NCBI GenBank assembly: GCA_965222715.1
Contig: OZ244961.1
Coordinates: 140,609 to 204,608 of the forward strand
From: Minisyncoccota bacterium
GTDB lineage: Bacteria > Patescibacteriota > Minisyncoccia > Phycocordibacterales > JABMNX01
DNA length: 64,000 nucleotides
Direction: 5' to 3'
The notes under the pieces were generated by a model. The model worked only from the letters and a program-made list of their open reading frames with translations. It did not search any database and was not told the DNA's origin. Made by a program: the position numbers and the translations under genes. How positions within the stretch are numbered: the first letter of the stretch is position 1; every line of letters begins with the position of its first letter. This document shows, piece after piece, positions 28,937 through 39,335 of this stretch.

Positions 28937-30724
28937 ATGGAAAAAATTAAAAAAGTAAAGAAACCTTTTAAAGAAGGTTTTATAGCAATTTGGAGTCATG
29001 TTTCTTTTTTCAAAAAAGAAGTCATTTTACTTATTGTTTTAGGTCTCATATCGGCAGCTGCAAACGGTGCCATGCCTTATATCACAGGTCGTTTTTTTGA
29101 TGCACTCATTCAAATTTCACAAGGCACTAGTCAGAATTCTACATTTCCTATCTGGGCAAGCTTACTTGCAATTTGGGCAATAATACAGTTAGTTGCAAAT
29201 AATATAGACTGGATAATTGATCGTATACGAAGAAGTGTAGACAGCGAACTACATATTGGTATACAGGCTCGTGGCTTTATAAAATTACTTCAACTTCCAC
29301 TTGGCTTCCATAAAGAACATAGAGTAAGTGAAGTCATTGAAAAAATTAGTCACTCTAGTTGGCGAGTACCTGCAGTATTTCGAACTATTGTTGACTTCGC
29401 ACCCCAATTTCTTAGCGTAGTTGTTGGAGTCACCCTTGCTTACTCAATCAGTCCACTACTTGCAAGCGTGCTACTTATTGGGGTAGTGGTTTATATACTG
29501 TTGTTAATTTTAATATTAAAACCTATTGCAGAACGTGATGAGCAGGGTTTAACGAAGTGGAGTGTAGCTTGGGGAGATGGTTCAGCTACAGTGCAACAAA
29601 CAGAAGCCGTGAAACAAGCTGCCGCGGAGGAATATGAAATACAAAAAATCAACAGTTCGCTTATGGACGAAGTGTTAGTAATGTGGAAAGGTCTTCAATA
29701 CGCCTGGAGTAATGTCAATTTTTTCCAAAGAACACTGGTGTTTCTAACACAATTAGCTGTATTTCTACTTTCCATTAAATTGGTTTCAGAAAATACAATT
29801 ACAGTAGGAGAACTCATTGCTCTTAATGGCTACGCTCAGATGTTTTTTGGTCCATTCGTCACCCTTGGATATAGTTGGGAAGTTATTCAAAATGGTCTTA
29901 ATTCAGCTAAACAAGTGAAAGAAATTTTTGATGAACCTATAGAAATATATAAACCTAAAAATGCAAAAAAAGTAGATGCACGTGGCGCGGTCTCCTTTAA
30001 AAAAGTTTCTTTTGGTTATGATTCAAGCAAAACCAAGGGTGTTTTAAAAGATATAAACTTTAATGTCTTGCCTGGGGAAGTGATCGCTCTTGTTGGTGAG
30101 TCTGGAGTGGGTAAGAGTACAGCAGTTTCCTTAATATCTGGCTATTTTTTCCCAGATAATGGCGTGGTTTTGGTTGATGGGGTTGATACCCGTTTATATA
30201 ACTTGAACGATTTACGAAGAAGAATAGCAACAGTTCCGCAGGAGATCAGCTTGTTTAACGACACTATTGGTGTGAATATTCAATACGGTTCATTTGAAGC
30301 AACGCAGAAAGAAATAGAAAAAGCTGCTGAAGAGGCGCACATAAAAGATTTTATCGAAAGTCTTCCTGAAAAATATGAAACGGTTGTTGGTGAACGTGGC
30401 ATGAAGCTTTCTGTTGGACAGAAACAACGTATAGCTATTGCACGTGCAATACTTCGAGATCCTTCAATTCTCATTCTTGATGAACCGACAAGCGCACTTG
30501 ATGCAAAAACAGAACAGTATATTACTCAATCACTTGAGAAGCTTATGAAGGGGCGCACCACGTTTATTATTGCCCACCGACTCAGCACCGTTCGTCGTGC
30601 TGATAAAGTACTTGTGTTTGATAAGGGAGAAGTTGTTGAGGAGGGGACACATGAGAGTTTGATGAAGATAAAGAATGGGGTGTATCGACGGCTGTATGAG
30701 TATCAAATTGGTCTACACAACTAG
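28937..30724 (+). CDS. ABC transporter ATP-binding protein/permease (exporter, MsbA-like)
   Basis: 595 aa, 6 TM then NBD with Walker A GESGVGKST, signature LSVGQKQR, Walker B ILILDE. Confidence 0.85.
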   Translation: MEKIKKVKKPFKEGFIAIWSHVSFFKKEVILLIVLGLISAAANGAMPYITGRFFDALIQISQGTSQNSTFPIWASLLAIWAIIQLVANNIDWIIDRIRRSVDSELHIGIQARGFIKLLQLPLGFHKEHRVSEVIEKISHSSWRVPAVFRTIVDFAPQFLSVVVGVTLAYSISPLLASVLLIGVVVYILLLILILKPIAERDEQGLTKWSVAWGDGSATVQQTEAVKQAAAEEYEIQKINSSLMDEVLVMWKGLQYAWSNVNFFQRTLVFLTQLAVFLLSIKLVSENTITVGELIALNGYAQMFFGPFVTLGYSWEVIQNGLNSAKQVKEIFDEPIEIYKPKNAKKVDARGAVSFKKVSFGYDSSKTKGVLKDINFNVLPGEVIALVGESGVGKSTAVSLISGYFFPDNGVVLVDGVDTRLYNLNDLRRRIATVPQEISLFNDTIGVNIQYGSFEATQKEIEKAAEEAHIKDFIESLPEKYETVVGERGMKLSVGQKQRIAIARAILRDPSILILDEPTSALDAKTEQYITQSLEKLMKGRTTFIIAHRLSTVRRADKVLVFDKGEVVEEGTHESLMKIKNGVYRRLYEYQIGLHN

Positions 30725-30831
30725 ACTACGTCTTTTTATATACCCAGCTTAATTAACCCAGCGCTACGCGTTGGGTTAATTTGTAGAGTGTCGTATACTT
30801 ACAGTATTATTGATTAAAAAATTCTCTATAT

Positions 30832-31203
30832 ATGACTGTACAAGAAATTGCAACTCGTCTTGTTGAGTTAAATAAGTCTCATGACTATAAAAAAGCATAT
30901 GAAGAACTGTATGCTGAAGACGTAGTAAGTATCGAGAACTGGGGTGACAGGGAAGTGTTTAAAGGAATGGACGCTATCAAGAAGAAGGGAGAAATGTGGG
31001 AGTCAATGCTCGAAGAGTTACACAGCACCTCAGTTGGCGCACCAATTATTGCAGATAAAAGTTTTGCAGTAACATTTTCAATGGACGTTACTTTTAATGA
31101 GAAAGGAGGTCCAGAGATGTCAGGACGCCAGCAGTTCACTGAGCTTGCGGTGTACCGAGTCAATGACGAAGGAAAAATTTATCACGAAGAATTTTTTGCC
31201 TAA
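30832..31203 (+). CDS. SnoaL-like / NTF2-fold protein
   Basis: 123 aa, pattern typical of ketosteroid-isomerase-like small proteins; weak. Confidence 0.4.
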   Translation: MTVQEIATRLVELNKSHDYKKAYEELYAEDVVSIENWGDREVFKGMDAIKKKGEMWESMLEELHSTSVGAPIIADKSFAVTFSMDVTFNEKGGPEMSGRQQFTELAVYRVNDEGKIYHEEFFA

Positions 31204-31221
31204 CTACAGTAAGATTGGATA

Positions 31222-32403
31222 ATGAAGATTGCCGTACAGGATTTTAAAGAAGTACATTTTTCTCGTGATGCGGTGCTTCTCTACATGAACCGCGTCTTCC
31301 TTCAAGTAGCCTTTGGAGTTATTGGTATATTTCTTCCGATCTTCTTTTTTCTTGAATTTAACCAGTCCCTTACTACTGTCGCGCTTCTCTACATGACGGT
31401 CTACGGAGGGCACCTGCTTCTTACGCCAATTGCTGCAAAACTCATCGCACCATTGGGAATGCGTAAGATGCTCATCGCTGGCGTACCGCTAGCAATGCTC
31501 GCTATGGGATCTCTTTTGTTTTGGGACTCAAACCCTTTGCTTGTGTGGGCGATTCACGTGACTCTTATTGTGCTCTACAAGGCACTGTATTGGGTACCGT
31601 ACCATGTTGACTTCACATTATTTACTGATAAAAAAGCGCGTGGACGACAGCTTTCTATTCTTCTTAACATAACCGAAATAGTTCTTATTCTCACACCACT
31701 CCTTGGCGGTTTTATTATTGCAAACTATGGTTTCCAGCATGTCTTCACTATCTCAACACTTTTATTTCTTGCTGCACTACCACCGCTCTTTTTCATTTCA
31801 AACCCCAAAGAAAGTTATTCTCTTGGTTTTTTTGAGACATTCAAAGAATTATTTAAAAAGAAAAGTAGACCACTCCTTATTGGATACGCTGCAGACGGAG
31901 CGCAGAGCACTATTTCTGCGATAGTGTGGCCCATCTTCATATTCCAGCTGTTTAATGGAGAGTACCTCTCGGTGGGTATTATCACCGCCTTCACGCTTGC
32001 AGCAATTATTATATTAAGGTTTTTTATCGGAGACATCATTGATAAGTGGAGTAAGCAGCGCATGGTTACCATTGGCGCTGGTCTCTACACAACTGGGTGG
32101 ATCATTAAAACCTTTGTTGAGACGGCCTTCCAAGTCTTTTTTGTGGATACTTACCACAACATTGGAAAAACAGTAAACCGCATATCGTTTGATGCAAACA
32201 CTTACACACAGTCAGCCGACAACGGTCACTACATCGATGAATTCACCTCTCTTAAAGAAATTTCACTTCTTATGGGAAGGATTATTATGCTCACATTGGT
32301 AATAGTCGTTGTATCTTTTACAAGTATACAGATGACGTTTATTGCCGCAGCAGTTGCGACACTCCTTATGACGGTTGTTAATCGGCTCGCTGTTTCCCGT
32401 TAG
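31222..32403 (+). CDS. MFS transporter
   Basis: 393 aa, about 12 TM helices, no other motifs. Confidence 0.55.
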   Translation: MKIAVQDFKEVHFSRDAVLLYMNRVFLQVAFGVIGIFLPIFFFLEFNQSLTTVALLYMTVYGGHLLLTPIAAKLIAPLGMRKMLIAGVPLAMLAMGSLLFWDSNPLLVWAIHVTLIVLYKALYWVPYHVDFTLFTDKKARGRQLSILLNITEIVLILTPLLGGFIIANYGFQHVFTISTLLFLAALPPLFFISNPKESYSLGFFETFKELFKKKSRPLLIGYAADGAQSTISAIVWPIFIFQLFNGEYLSVGIITAFTLAAIIILRFFIGDIIDKWSKQRMVTIGAGLYTTGWIIKTFVETAFQVFFVDTYHNIGKTVNRISFDANTYTQSADNGHYIDEFTSLKEISLLMGRIIMLTLVIVVVSFTSIQMTFIAAAVATLLMTVVNRLAVSR

Positions 32404-32404
32404 G

Positions 32405-33331
32405 TTACCGTACCCGTAAGTACGCGTAGATATCTTCAAGTGCCTTAATTGCGTCACCTGCTGCAATATTATTTTGGTGATAGAGTGCGTCTGAACAATC
32501 ACCCGCGGCCCAGATGCCTTCTCGGGAACTTTGTTGTGACTTTCCATCAACCTTGATTCGCTTAAAATCATCAAGTTCAACTAGATCTGCAACAAATGAT
32601 GTGTTAGGAATAAGACCAATCTCAACAAATACACCTGTTACTGCAAGCTCTTTTTCTTCTCCAGACTCTGTATCTTTATACTTTACTCCAGTAACAAATT
32701 TGTCCCCCAAGACTTCTGTTGTTTCAGCATTAGTAAGCGCAGTCATGTGTGGGTGTGCAAGCACTTTCTCAACAGTAACTGGATCTGCTTTAAATTCTGC
32801 TCTGTGGTGAAGGAGTGTGACGCTCTTAGTGTACTCAAGTAATTGAGCAGCTGTTTCAAACCCTGCGTTACCACCACCGATCACTACCACATCTTGCCCT
32901 GAGAAAAGTGGTCCGTCACATGATGCACAATAGGTAAGACCTTTTTGATCAAATTCTTCTGCACCAGGAACAGGAAGTTTTCGTCGGTGTGCACCAGAGC
33001 ATACCAAAAGCGTTTTTGCGGTATATGAGTTTCCGTCTTCTACTGTAACCACAAAGGTGCCATCTTTTTCTTCTACTTGTGTCACACATTGATCAGGCAC
33101 AATGTCTACTACTTCGTTCGCATAGGCTTTCAAGTGCTCCTCTAAGTCTTTTGCAAGATCATTTCCTGAGATAGCAACTGTTCCAATCCAGTTTTGAATT
33201 TCAGTTGACACGGTACTTTGTCCGCCCCATTCTTTTGCAATAAGTACAGTTTTTAACTTCTTTCGTGCGGCATATACTCCAGCTGAAACACCAGCTGGTC
33301 CACCCCCAAGAATTGCTACGTCGTACTCCAT
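32405..33331 (-). CDS. trxB: thioredoxin-disulfide reductase
   Basis: 308 aa, FAD GGGPAG, redox CASC, NADPH GGGNAG motifs. Confidence 0.85.
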   Translation of the reverse strand: MEYDVAILGGGPAGVSAGVYAARKKLKTVLIAKEWGGQSTVSTEIQNWIGTVAISGNDLAKDLEEHLKAYANEVVDIVPDQCVTQVEEKDGTFVVTVEDGNSYTAKTLLVCSGAHRRKLPVPGAEEFDQKGLTYCASCDGPLFSGQDVVVIGGGNAGFETAAQLLEYTKSVTLLHHRAEFKADPVTVEKVLAHPHMTALTNAETTEVLGDKFVTGVKYKDTESGEEKELAVTGVFVEIGLIPNTSFVADLVELDDFKRIKVDGKSQQSSREGIWAAGDCSDALYHQNNIAAGDAIKALEDIYAYLRVR

Positions 33332-33422
33332 AATTGTCCTTAGTTTTATTAGTCTACGTTATAGTAACACAGCCATTTCTTTTAAAGAAACGGCTGTGTA
33401 AAAATTCTGTCTTAGGGTCGGA

Positions 33423-34640
33423 TTACTTCAGCTTACTCCTTCGTAGGAAGGCTGGGACTGCACCCCAATCATCGTTATCGTCGTCTTTTTCAGTCTCCTC
33501 GTTCGCCTTACTTTTATCTGTTGCTTTTTCAGGCCCTTTGACATTTTCTTGTGCACCCCCGCCGATAACGCCAAGTGAGTTGTACACTTTATTTTCTTCT
33601 TTCTTTATTTCTTCCTTGCCATCTTCTTTTTTATTCATTTGGAAGAGTGAAGGGCCTTTGCTTGACGGTGTTGCACCTTCAGGGAATCCAGTTGCAATAA
33701 CAGTTACCTTCACTTCATTTTTCTTAAGTTTTGGATCTTGTACTGCGCCAAAGATTACTTTTGCATTTGGATCGATTGAGTCGGTAATTACCTTTGCAGC
33801 ATCTTGAATTTCAAGCATTGAGAGGTCATCACCTCCAGCAACCGCAAAGAGTACACCTTTTGCGCCAGTGATTGAGAGCTCAAGAAGTGGGGAAGAGATA
33901 GCTGCTTGTGCTGCGTCTTCTGCGCGCTTCTCACCAGTTGCGGTACCAATACCCATAAGTGCTGAACCAGCGCTATCCATAACTGCACGGATGTCTGCAA
34001 AGTCAACGTTAATGATACCGGGCATCGTAATCAATTCTGAGATACCTTCAACCGCTTGTCGAAGAATATCGTCACACATAGCAAATGCATTTTTGACACT
34101 TGTTTCTCGCTGTACAACCGCAAGGAGTCTGTCGTTTGGAATAACGACAAGGGCATCAACTTCTTTTTTCAGTTCTTCAAGTCCAGATTCAGCAAGTCGC
34201 ATACGTTGCTGTCCTTCAAATGAGAATGGTTTGGTTACGATACCAACAGTGAGCGCTCCTGACTCGCGTGCAATACGTGCAACCACCGGTGCTGCACCAG
34301 TACCGGTACCACCACCAAACCCACAGGTGATGAATATCATGTCTGAACCTTTCAAAGCTTCCTGGATTTCTTCAGTTGTTTCTTCTGCTGCGCGCTTTCC
34401 AACATCTGGATTCATTCCTGCGCCAAGTCCTCGAGTAAGGTTCTTGCCAATGTGAATCTTCTTTTTTGCTTTTGAATGGTGAAGATCTTGTGCGTCAGTG
34501 TTGATGCCAACAAAGTCGACACCTTGTACTTTTGAGTTAACCATGTGGTTAACCGCATTAATTCCCGAACCGCCAACACCAACAACACGAATCCGAGCAA
34601 ATGCCTCAACGTCTGGTTGTACCTTTTTCATAATGCCCAA
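33423..34640 (-). CDS. ftsZ: cell division GTPase FtsZ
   Basis: 405 aa, GGGTGTG tubulin signature, acidic C-terminal tail. Confidence 0.95.
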   Translation of the reverse strand: MGIMKKVQPDVEAFARIRVVGVGGSGINAVNHMVNSKVQGVDFVGINTDAQDLHHSKAKKKIHIGKNLTRGLGAGMNPDVGKRAAEETTEEIQEALKGSDMIFITCGFGGGTGTGAAPVVARIARESGALTVGIVTKPFSFEGQQRMRLAESGLEELKKEVDALVVIPNDRLLAVVQRETSVKNAFAMCDDILRQAVEGISELITMPGIINVDFADIRAVMDSAGSALMGIGTATGEKRAEDAAQAAISSPLLELSITGAKGVLFAVAGGDDLSMLEIQDAAKVITDSIDPNAKVIFGAVQDPKLKKNEVKVTVIATGFPEGATPSSKGPSLFQMNKKEDGKEEIKKEENKVYNSLGVIGGGAQENVKGPEKATDKSKANEETEKDDDNDDWGAVPAFLRRSKLK

Positions 34641-34742
34641 TCTATAACTAATTTATGTAGCACCATCATAGCAGGAGGAATAAAAAAATAAACCCGTTGA
34701 CATTTCCGGGTTTTGTTTCGATATTTTACCTCTAATTGGTCT

Positions 34743-35915
34743 TTATGGGAGAAAGCGCTTGATCCATTGAATGAGGTTCCCGCCAGTTTGTTGTGCAATT
34801 TGTATACCTACCGGGCTCTCGTCATCGTCCGCTGAAGCGCCCCAAATACAGAGACCGTATGCAACCGCCCATGAGGCGTCTTTAATAGGAGACTGACTAC
34901 CAAAACGAGGGGAAGCAAGTTTTGAAGGAAGCTTCAGTGCAGCTTTTGCCATATCTTCTATTGTGGCAACCCCTGAGCCACCACCGGTAATAATAATTCC
35001 TGCGGGAAGGAGTCCATTCTTTCCGATTTTTTTGAGATGGTTTTCAATAAGTTCAAAAATATCCGAGAGGCGTGCAACAATAATTTCATCTAACTTTTTT
35101 TGTGAGTAATCAGCGTTTGTAATCGCACCTTTTTTAATTTGCTCAGCTTCTTCAAGAGAGACTTTTAATCCAAGAGCAATGTCGTTGGTAATATCAGTTG
35201 AGCCAATAGGGAAGACCTTTAATGAAATAGGAATATTATCTTCAAAGACGACAATTGAAACAGTTTCAGAGCCAATGTTTGCAAGCACACACCCCGCGAT
35301 CTTCTGTGACTTGGTAAGTGTGACCAAACTAGCGGCGATGGGGGATGCCATAACGTCGTAGACATCAACACCAGCTTCTTCAACTGACTGGATGAGATCA
35401 TTTAAATGTTGCTCAATTGATACTATAAAAAGTGTTTCAACCTCTAGCCGAGAACCATGCATACCAATTGGTCGACCGAGAATGACTTCTCCGTCTATTT
35501 TAAATTGGGTTGGGATAACGTGCACTACTTTACGGTTTGCAATATGTTGTGCAATTTTCTCTTCACTATTCTCAATTGCCTTCTTAACGTCAAGGTCAGT
35601 GACCGCACCATCTGCCCGCGTAATAATAACTTCTCCACGTGAGCGAACCTCTTCAAGACCAACACCACCTACTGAGAGGTAGGCATTTTTAATACGCACT
35701 TGAGCAGCTTTTTCAGCTTGATCAACTGCATGTCGGATACTCCGGACAATGTCATTTGAGTTGATGATGTAGCCGTGGCGAAGTCCTTTAGACTCAGCAA
35801 AACCAGTTCCAATAATACGGGGGAACTGTCGTTTCTTTTTTCTCTCATGCTCAATAACAACTACCTTTACTTGGTACGTGCCGATATCGATGCCAGTAGT
35901 TATATTTCGTGCCAT
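34743..35915 (-). CDS. ftsA: cell division protein FtsA
   Basis: 390 aa actin-fold ATPase immediately upstream of ftsZ. Confidence 0.9.
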   Translation of the reverse strand: MARNITTGIDIGTYQVKVVVIEHERKKKRQFPRIIGTGFAESKGLRHGYIINSNDIVRSIRHAVDQAEKAAQVRIKNAYLSVGGVGLEEVRSRGEVIITRADGAVTDLDVKKAIENSEEKIAQHIANRKVVHVIPTQFKIDGEVILGRPIGMHGSRLEVETLFIVSIEQHLNDLIQSVEEAGVDVYDVMASPIAASLVTLTKSQKIAGCVLANIGSETVSIVVFEDNIPISLKVFPIGSTDITNDIALGLKVSLEEAEQIKKGAITNADYSQKKLDEIIVARLSDIFELIENHLKKIGKNGLLPAGIIITGGGSGVATIEDMAKAALKLPSKLASPRFGSQSPIKDASWAVAYGLCIWGASADDDESPVGIQIAQQTGGNLIQWIKRFLP

Positions 35916-35995
35916 AACAAAAACAAACGCTCTTCACATAAAAGAGCAACAACAAGCTACACGTAAACGAACAAGTTAAGATACCCGCCTACTCT

Positions 35996-36406
35996 CTACA
36001 GTTTGAGACGACGCAGGTACGTGCGCTCCATTCTCTCCATTGTACTACCATGGCGTAGGCCTTTCAAATGCAGCAATCCGTGGATAAAGATAAACGCAAG
36101 ATACTTCTTCTCACTCATCCCAAATTCCTTTGCACGTTTTTTTGCTTTACGAGGATTAATAAAAATTTCTCCTTCTTTTTTCGAAAGAGGAAATGAAAGC
36201 ACATCAGGAATATAAGTCTTTCCTCTATAAGACTTGTTTAGTTTCTGTGCACGCGTATCACCAACAAAAGCAACACTCAATTCATAGTGTTCTCCAAGAA
36301 CATCATTCTTTATTTGTAGAAGTGGGAGGGAGGGGATAGCATTACGCACCGTACTAGAAACCGAGATGCCCGATTCGGTTGGGAATGTATGTGATACACG
36401 TGCCAT
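35996..36406 (-). CDS. ybeY: rRNA maturation endoribonuclease YbeY
   Basis: 136 aa, HGLLHLKGLRH zinc-binding motif. Confidence 0.7.
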   Translation of the reverse strand: MARVSHTFPTESGISVSSTVRNAIPSLPLLQIKNDVLGEHYELSVAFVGDTRAQKLNKSYRGKTYIPDVLSFPLSKKEGEIFINPRKAKKRAKEFGMSEKKYLAFIFIHGLLHLKGLRHGSTMERMERTYLRRLKL

Positions 36407-36430
36407 TAGTATGGTGTTCGAGCCGCAGTC

Positions 36431-36697
36431 TTACCGGCGTCGTCGGAATGATTGTTCAGCAACTTTTCCTTGTTTGTAGAGTTTTTCAAATTCTTCCTTC
36501 CGGGAGAGTTTGCGGAGTGCTTGTTGCTTCTTTTTAAATTCTGAGTCAGAACGTGAGTGGTAACGAATACCGCGAACACGACGAAGTACACCTGATCCTT
36601 GGACGCGTCGAGTGAAGCGTCGAATCAAGCTTGTTGCATTCTCGTTATTATTTTTTGTTACCTCTACGTTTATCATACGTGGGAAGTACTCTACCAC
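36431..36697 (-). CDS. rpsU: 30S ribosomal protein S21 (probable)
   Basis: 88 aa, very basic, LIRRFTRRVQGSGVLRRVR resembles the S21 core. Confidence 0.45.
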   Translation of the reverse strand: MVEYFPRMINVEVTKNNNENATSLIRRFTRRVQGSGVLRRVRGIRYHSRSDSEFKKKQQALRKLSRKEEFEKLYKQGKVAEQSFRRRR

Positions 36698-36738
36698 AGT
36701 AGAATGTAAGAGGCAATATAGTGAACCGCAAGAGATGT

Positions 36739-37899
36739 CTAGAGGGTGCGGAGATGTTCAGGGAGTCTCTCAACAGGAATAATTTCTTGTGCACGAGTAT
36801 CCATATTTCGCACGATCACTGTTCCGTCGAGTGCCTCTTTGTGTCCCATGATAATGCAGTACGGAATTGAAAGGTCTTCGGTTAATCGTAGTTGTTCAGT
36901 GAGTTGTTCTTTGCCAAGTGATTGGTGGACAGTAATACGTGACTTGCGAAGTTTTTCAAGAACCACCAAGCTACGCAGTCTTGCTTCAAAGCCAACCTGA
37001 ATAAAATGGAATCGCGGTTTGTACGATTTTCTCCCATCAATTTGTTTTGGCATCCGACCTTTCTTCTCATACTCAAATATAACTCCCGCTGCAGGAATTT
37101 GTTGTCGAAATGCTTTTCGTGCAAGTTCATCGTACCGTCCACCGTGTGCACATACTGAAAATGATCCATCTTCCCCTGGAATACGAATCTCAAAGAGCGT
37201 CTTTGAATAGCAGTCTCGATGTCCAATAAGCATAGGATCAAGTTCGTAAGGAACTTCAGCAACTTCAAAATACTCAAGAATTTCACGGAAATGTTTTCTA
37301 CTTGCCTCAGAAAGGAACTCAACAGTACATGGTGCTTCACTACAGAGCGGATGTTGCTTCCTGAGTAATTGTTCGTACGCGTAAAACACATCTTTTTTAA
37401 ATGCCTGTCGTGAATGGCTTGGCATATCAGCAAGATTCTTTTTTAAATAGTTGGTGAGCTCTTTAGTGAATTTATTTGCTGAATCTTTATCACCAATACT
37501 ATTTACGTATACACAGTGATCAGAAATATTAAGATCATCAAGTATTGCAAGCGCTGCTTTTATTAAAAGTGCTTCAGCAATACTGTTTGAAAGTCCAATA
37601 ACATGTAACCCAAACAGTACTTTATTTGAACCTTTTTGCTCGACTCCTCTGTGGTAGAAAAGAGTTGGTTCTTTAAGGCGTGCGTGCCCATGCTCTATAT
37701 ATGAGCGCACCACTGCTGCCAGCTCTTTATCAAACGGATTTACATACTCAGTGTGTTGAGGGATACGTGAGCGATTTTTAGGACCATACTCAGGCATGAT
37801 TTCTTCAATAGGAGAGAATCCGTAGTGTTCAATAACAGAAATGGCTCGCTTCAATGCTTGATCGGTTCGTGTGTACGGTGTGTGTGTAAGTGTAATCAT
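36739..37899 (-). CDS. hisS: histidine--tRNA ligase (short form)
   Basis: 386 aa class II aaRS, motif 3 GGRYDELA; genome style makes a HisZ role unlikely. Confidence 0.6.
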   Translation of the reverse strand: MITLTHTPYTRTDQALKRAISVIEHYGFSPIEEIMPEYGPKNRSRIPQHTEYVNPFDKELAAVVRSYIEHGHARLKEPTLFYHRGVEQKGSNKVLFGLHVIGLSNSIAEALLIKAALAILDDLNISDHCVYVNSIGDKDSANKFTKELTNYLKKNLADMPSHSRQAFKKDVFYAYEQLLRKQHPLCSEAPCTVEFLSEASRKHFREILEYFEVAEVPYELDPMLIGHRDCYSKTLFEIRIPGEDGSFSVCAHGGRYDELARKAFRQQIPAAGVIFEYEKKGRMPKQIDGRKSYKPRFHFIQVGFEARLRSLVVLEKLRKSRITVHQSLGKEQLTEQLRLTEDLSIPYCIIMGHKEALDGTVIVRNMDTRAQEIIPVERLPEHLRTL

Positions 37900-37913
37900 A
37901 CGTAGGTGTGCTG

Positions 37914-38579
37914 TTATTGACCCGGTAATAAAGATGCTTCTGTTAATGGGAATAGTCGTACAAATGCTTTCCCAATAATGTATTCATCTTCAAGTACTCC
38001 CCAGGTGCGTGAGTCCGAACTCTCTTTACGATTGTCACCCATGACAAAATATTCACCACGAGAAAGTGTTACTGTTCCTGATTCACTCTCAAGGTTATCA
38101 GGTGAAAGGTATGTTTCATCAAGTACAAATCCCTCAGGATGTTCACTATTTACAATAATGACTGCTTTCCCTTGTAGTATGACTGTTTCTCCAGGAAGCC
38201 CAATAACGCGTTTTATAAAAAACTTAGATTGCTCAAGAGGGAAGCGAAAAATAATGACATCACCTCGCTCTGGTTCATTAAAGTGGTAGCTCAACTGGTC
38301 AACAATAAGATACTGCCCATGCTGAAATGTGTCTTCCATTGATGCGCCACTGACTACAAACGGTTGTGCAACAAAAAGTCGTATTGGTGCAACAATAAGT
38401 ATGGCAAGGAGTATTAATTTCACTAGCTCAAGCACTGAGTTGTGTGTATCTGACTTGTGAGGTGTAGGTGAATGAGGGGATTGAGAGGGAGATTTGAGAG
38501 ACACATCATTAACTTGTTGTACTTCAGAAGATGAAGACGTGTTCTGTGTGTGCTCTGACATAGATTGAGAAGAGTTCAA
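37914..38579 (-). CDS. lepB: signal peptidase I
   Basis: 221 aa, Ser-rich low-complexity N-terminus, TM, SGASMEDT Ser box, GDNRKESSDSR box. Confidence 0.8.
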   Translation of the reverse strand: MNSSQSMSEHTQNTSSSSEVQQVNDVSLKSPSQSPHSPTPHKSDTHNSVLELVKLILLAILIVAPIRLFVAQPFVVSGASMEDTFQHGQYLIVDQLSYHFNEPERGDVIIFRFPLEQSKFFIKRVIGLPGETVILQGKAVIIVNSEHPEGFVLDETYLSPDNLESESGTVTLSRGEYFVMGDNRKESSDSRTWGVLEDEYIIGKAFVRLFPLTEASLLPGQ

Positions 38580-38682
38580 ACAACAAACATGTTGTAGTTA
38601 CCGCATTGTAGTACAAAGGTTCGTTTGACACAATACATTTTTTTATGTTTTAGCGTTTTTGCATCTAAGCGTGATACACTAA

Positions 38683-39279
38683 GTGATAATGAATTATATT
38701 ATTGCTGGTCTCGGAAACACAGGAGAAGAGTATACAGACACTCGTCACAACATTGGGCGGATGATGGTCGAGTATTTTCATGCAAAACATACATTTTCAG
38801 AATGGAGTGAGGAAAAAAAGAAGAATGCGCAGGTTTCAAAAGGAAAAATTGGTAGACATGCTGTAACGTTAGTGCTTCCCGAACTACTCATGAATCGTTC
38901 TGGGGCGGTGTTAAAGCATTTTGTGACCAGTAAAAAGAAGGCAGCAACACTTGTGGTGGTGTATGACGATCTAGATCTTGGTTTTGGCACCTGTCGCGTT
39001 TCTTTTTCTCGTGGATCAGGAGGGCATCGTGGTGTTGAATCAATTAGTAAGAGTGTAGAGACAAAAGATTTCATACGAGTGCGTGTCGGTATATCACCAA
39101 CAACCTCAAAGGGAGTGGTAAAGAAACCTCATGGTGAGCAGGCAGTACTCAATTTTGTAATGGGGAAGTTTACTACAAAAGAGCAAAGTGCACTCCCAGC
39201 ACTGTTTCGTCGGGTAGAGACAATTCTTGAAACTATTATTACTCAAGGTCACGTTGCAGCAATGAACCAGCACAACTAA
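38683..39279 (+). CDS. pth: peptidyl-tRNA hydrolase
   Basis: 198 aa, GLGNTGEEYTDTRHNIG N-terminal signature. Confidence 0.85.
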   Translation: MIMNYIIAGLGNTGEEYTDTRHNIGRMMVEYFHAKHTFSEWSEEKKKNAQVSKGKIGRHAVTLVLPELLMNRSGAVLKHFVTSKKKAATLVVVYDDLDLGFGTCRVSFSRGSGGHRGVESISKSVETKDFIRVRVGISPTTSKGVVKKPHGEQAVLNFVMGKFTTKEQSALPALFRRVETILETIITQGHVAAMNQHN

Positions 39280-39335
39280 TGTTCCTAAAACGAAAATAAA
39301 AAACATCCCATATGGGATGTTTTTTGCTTCTCATT

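Noticed and set aside
33334-34455. Plus-strand ORFs (157 and 195 aa) antisense to ftsZ, and similar antisense ORFs within groEL, clpB, gyrA, valS and RNR
   Set aside because: Low-complexity Ser/Ala/Thr-rich shadows of highly expressed genes on the opposite strand; no start signals.
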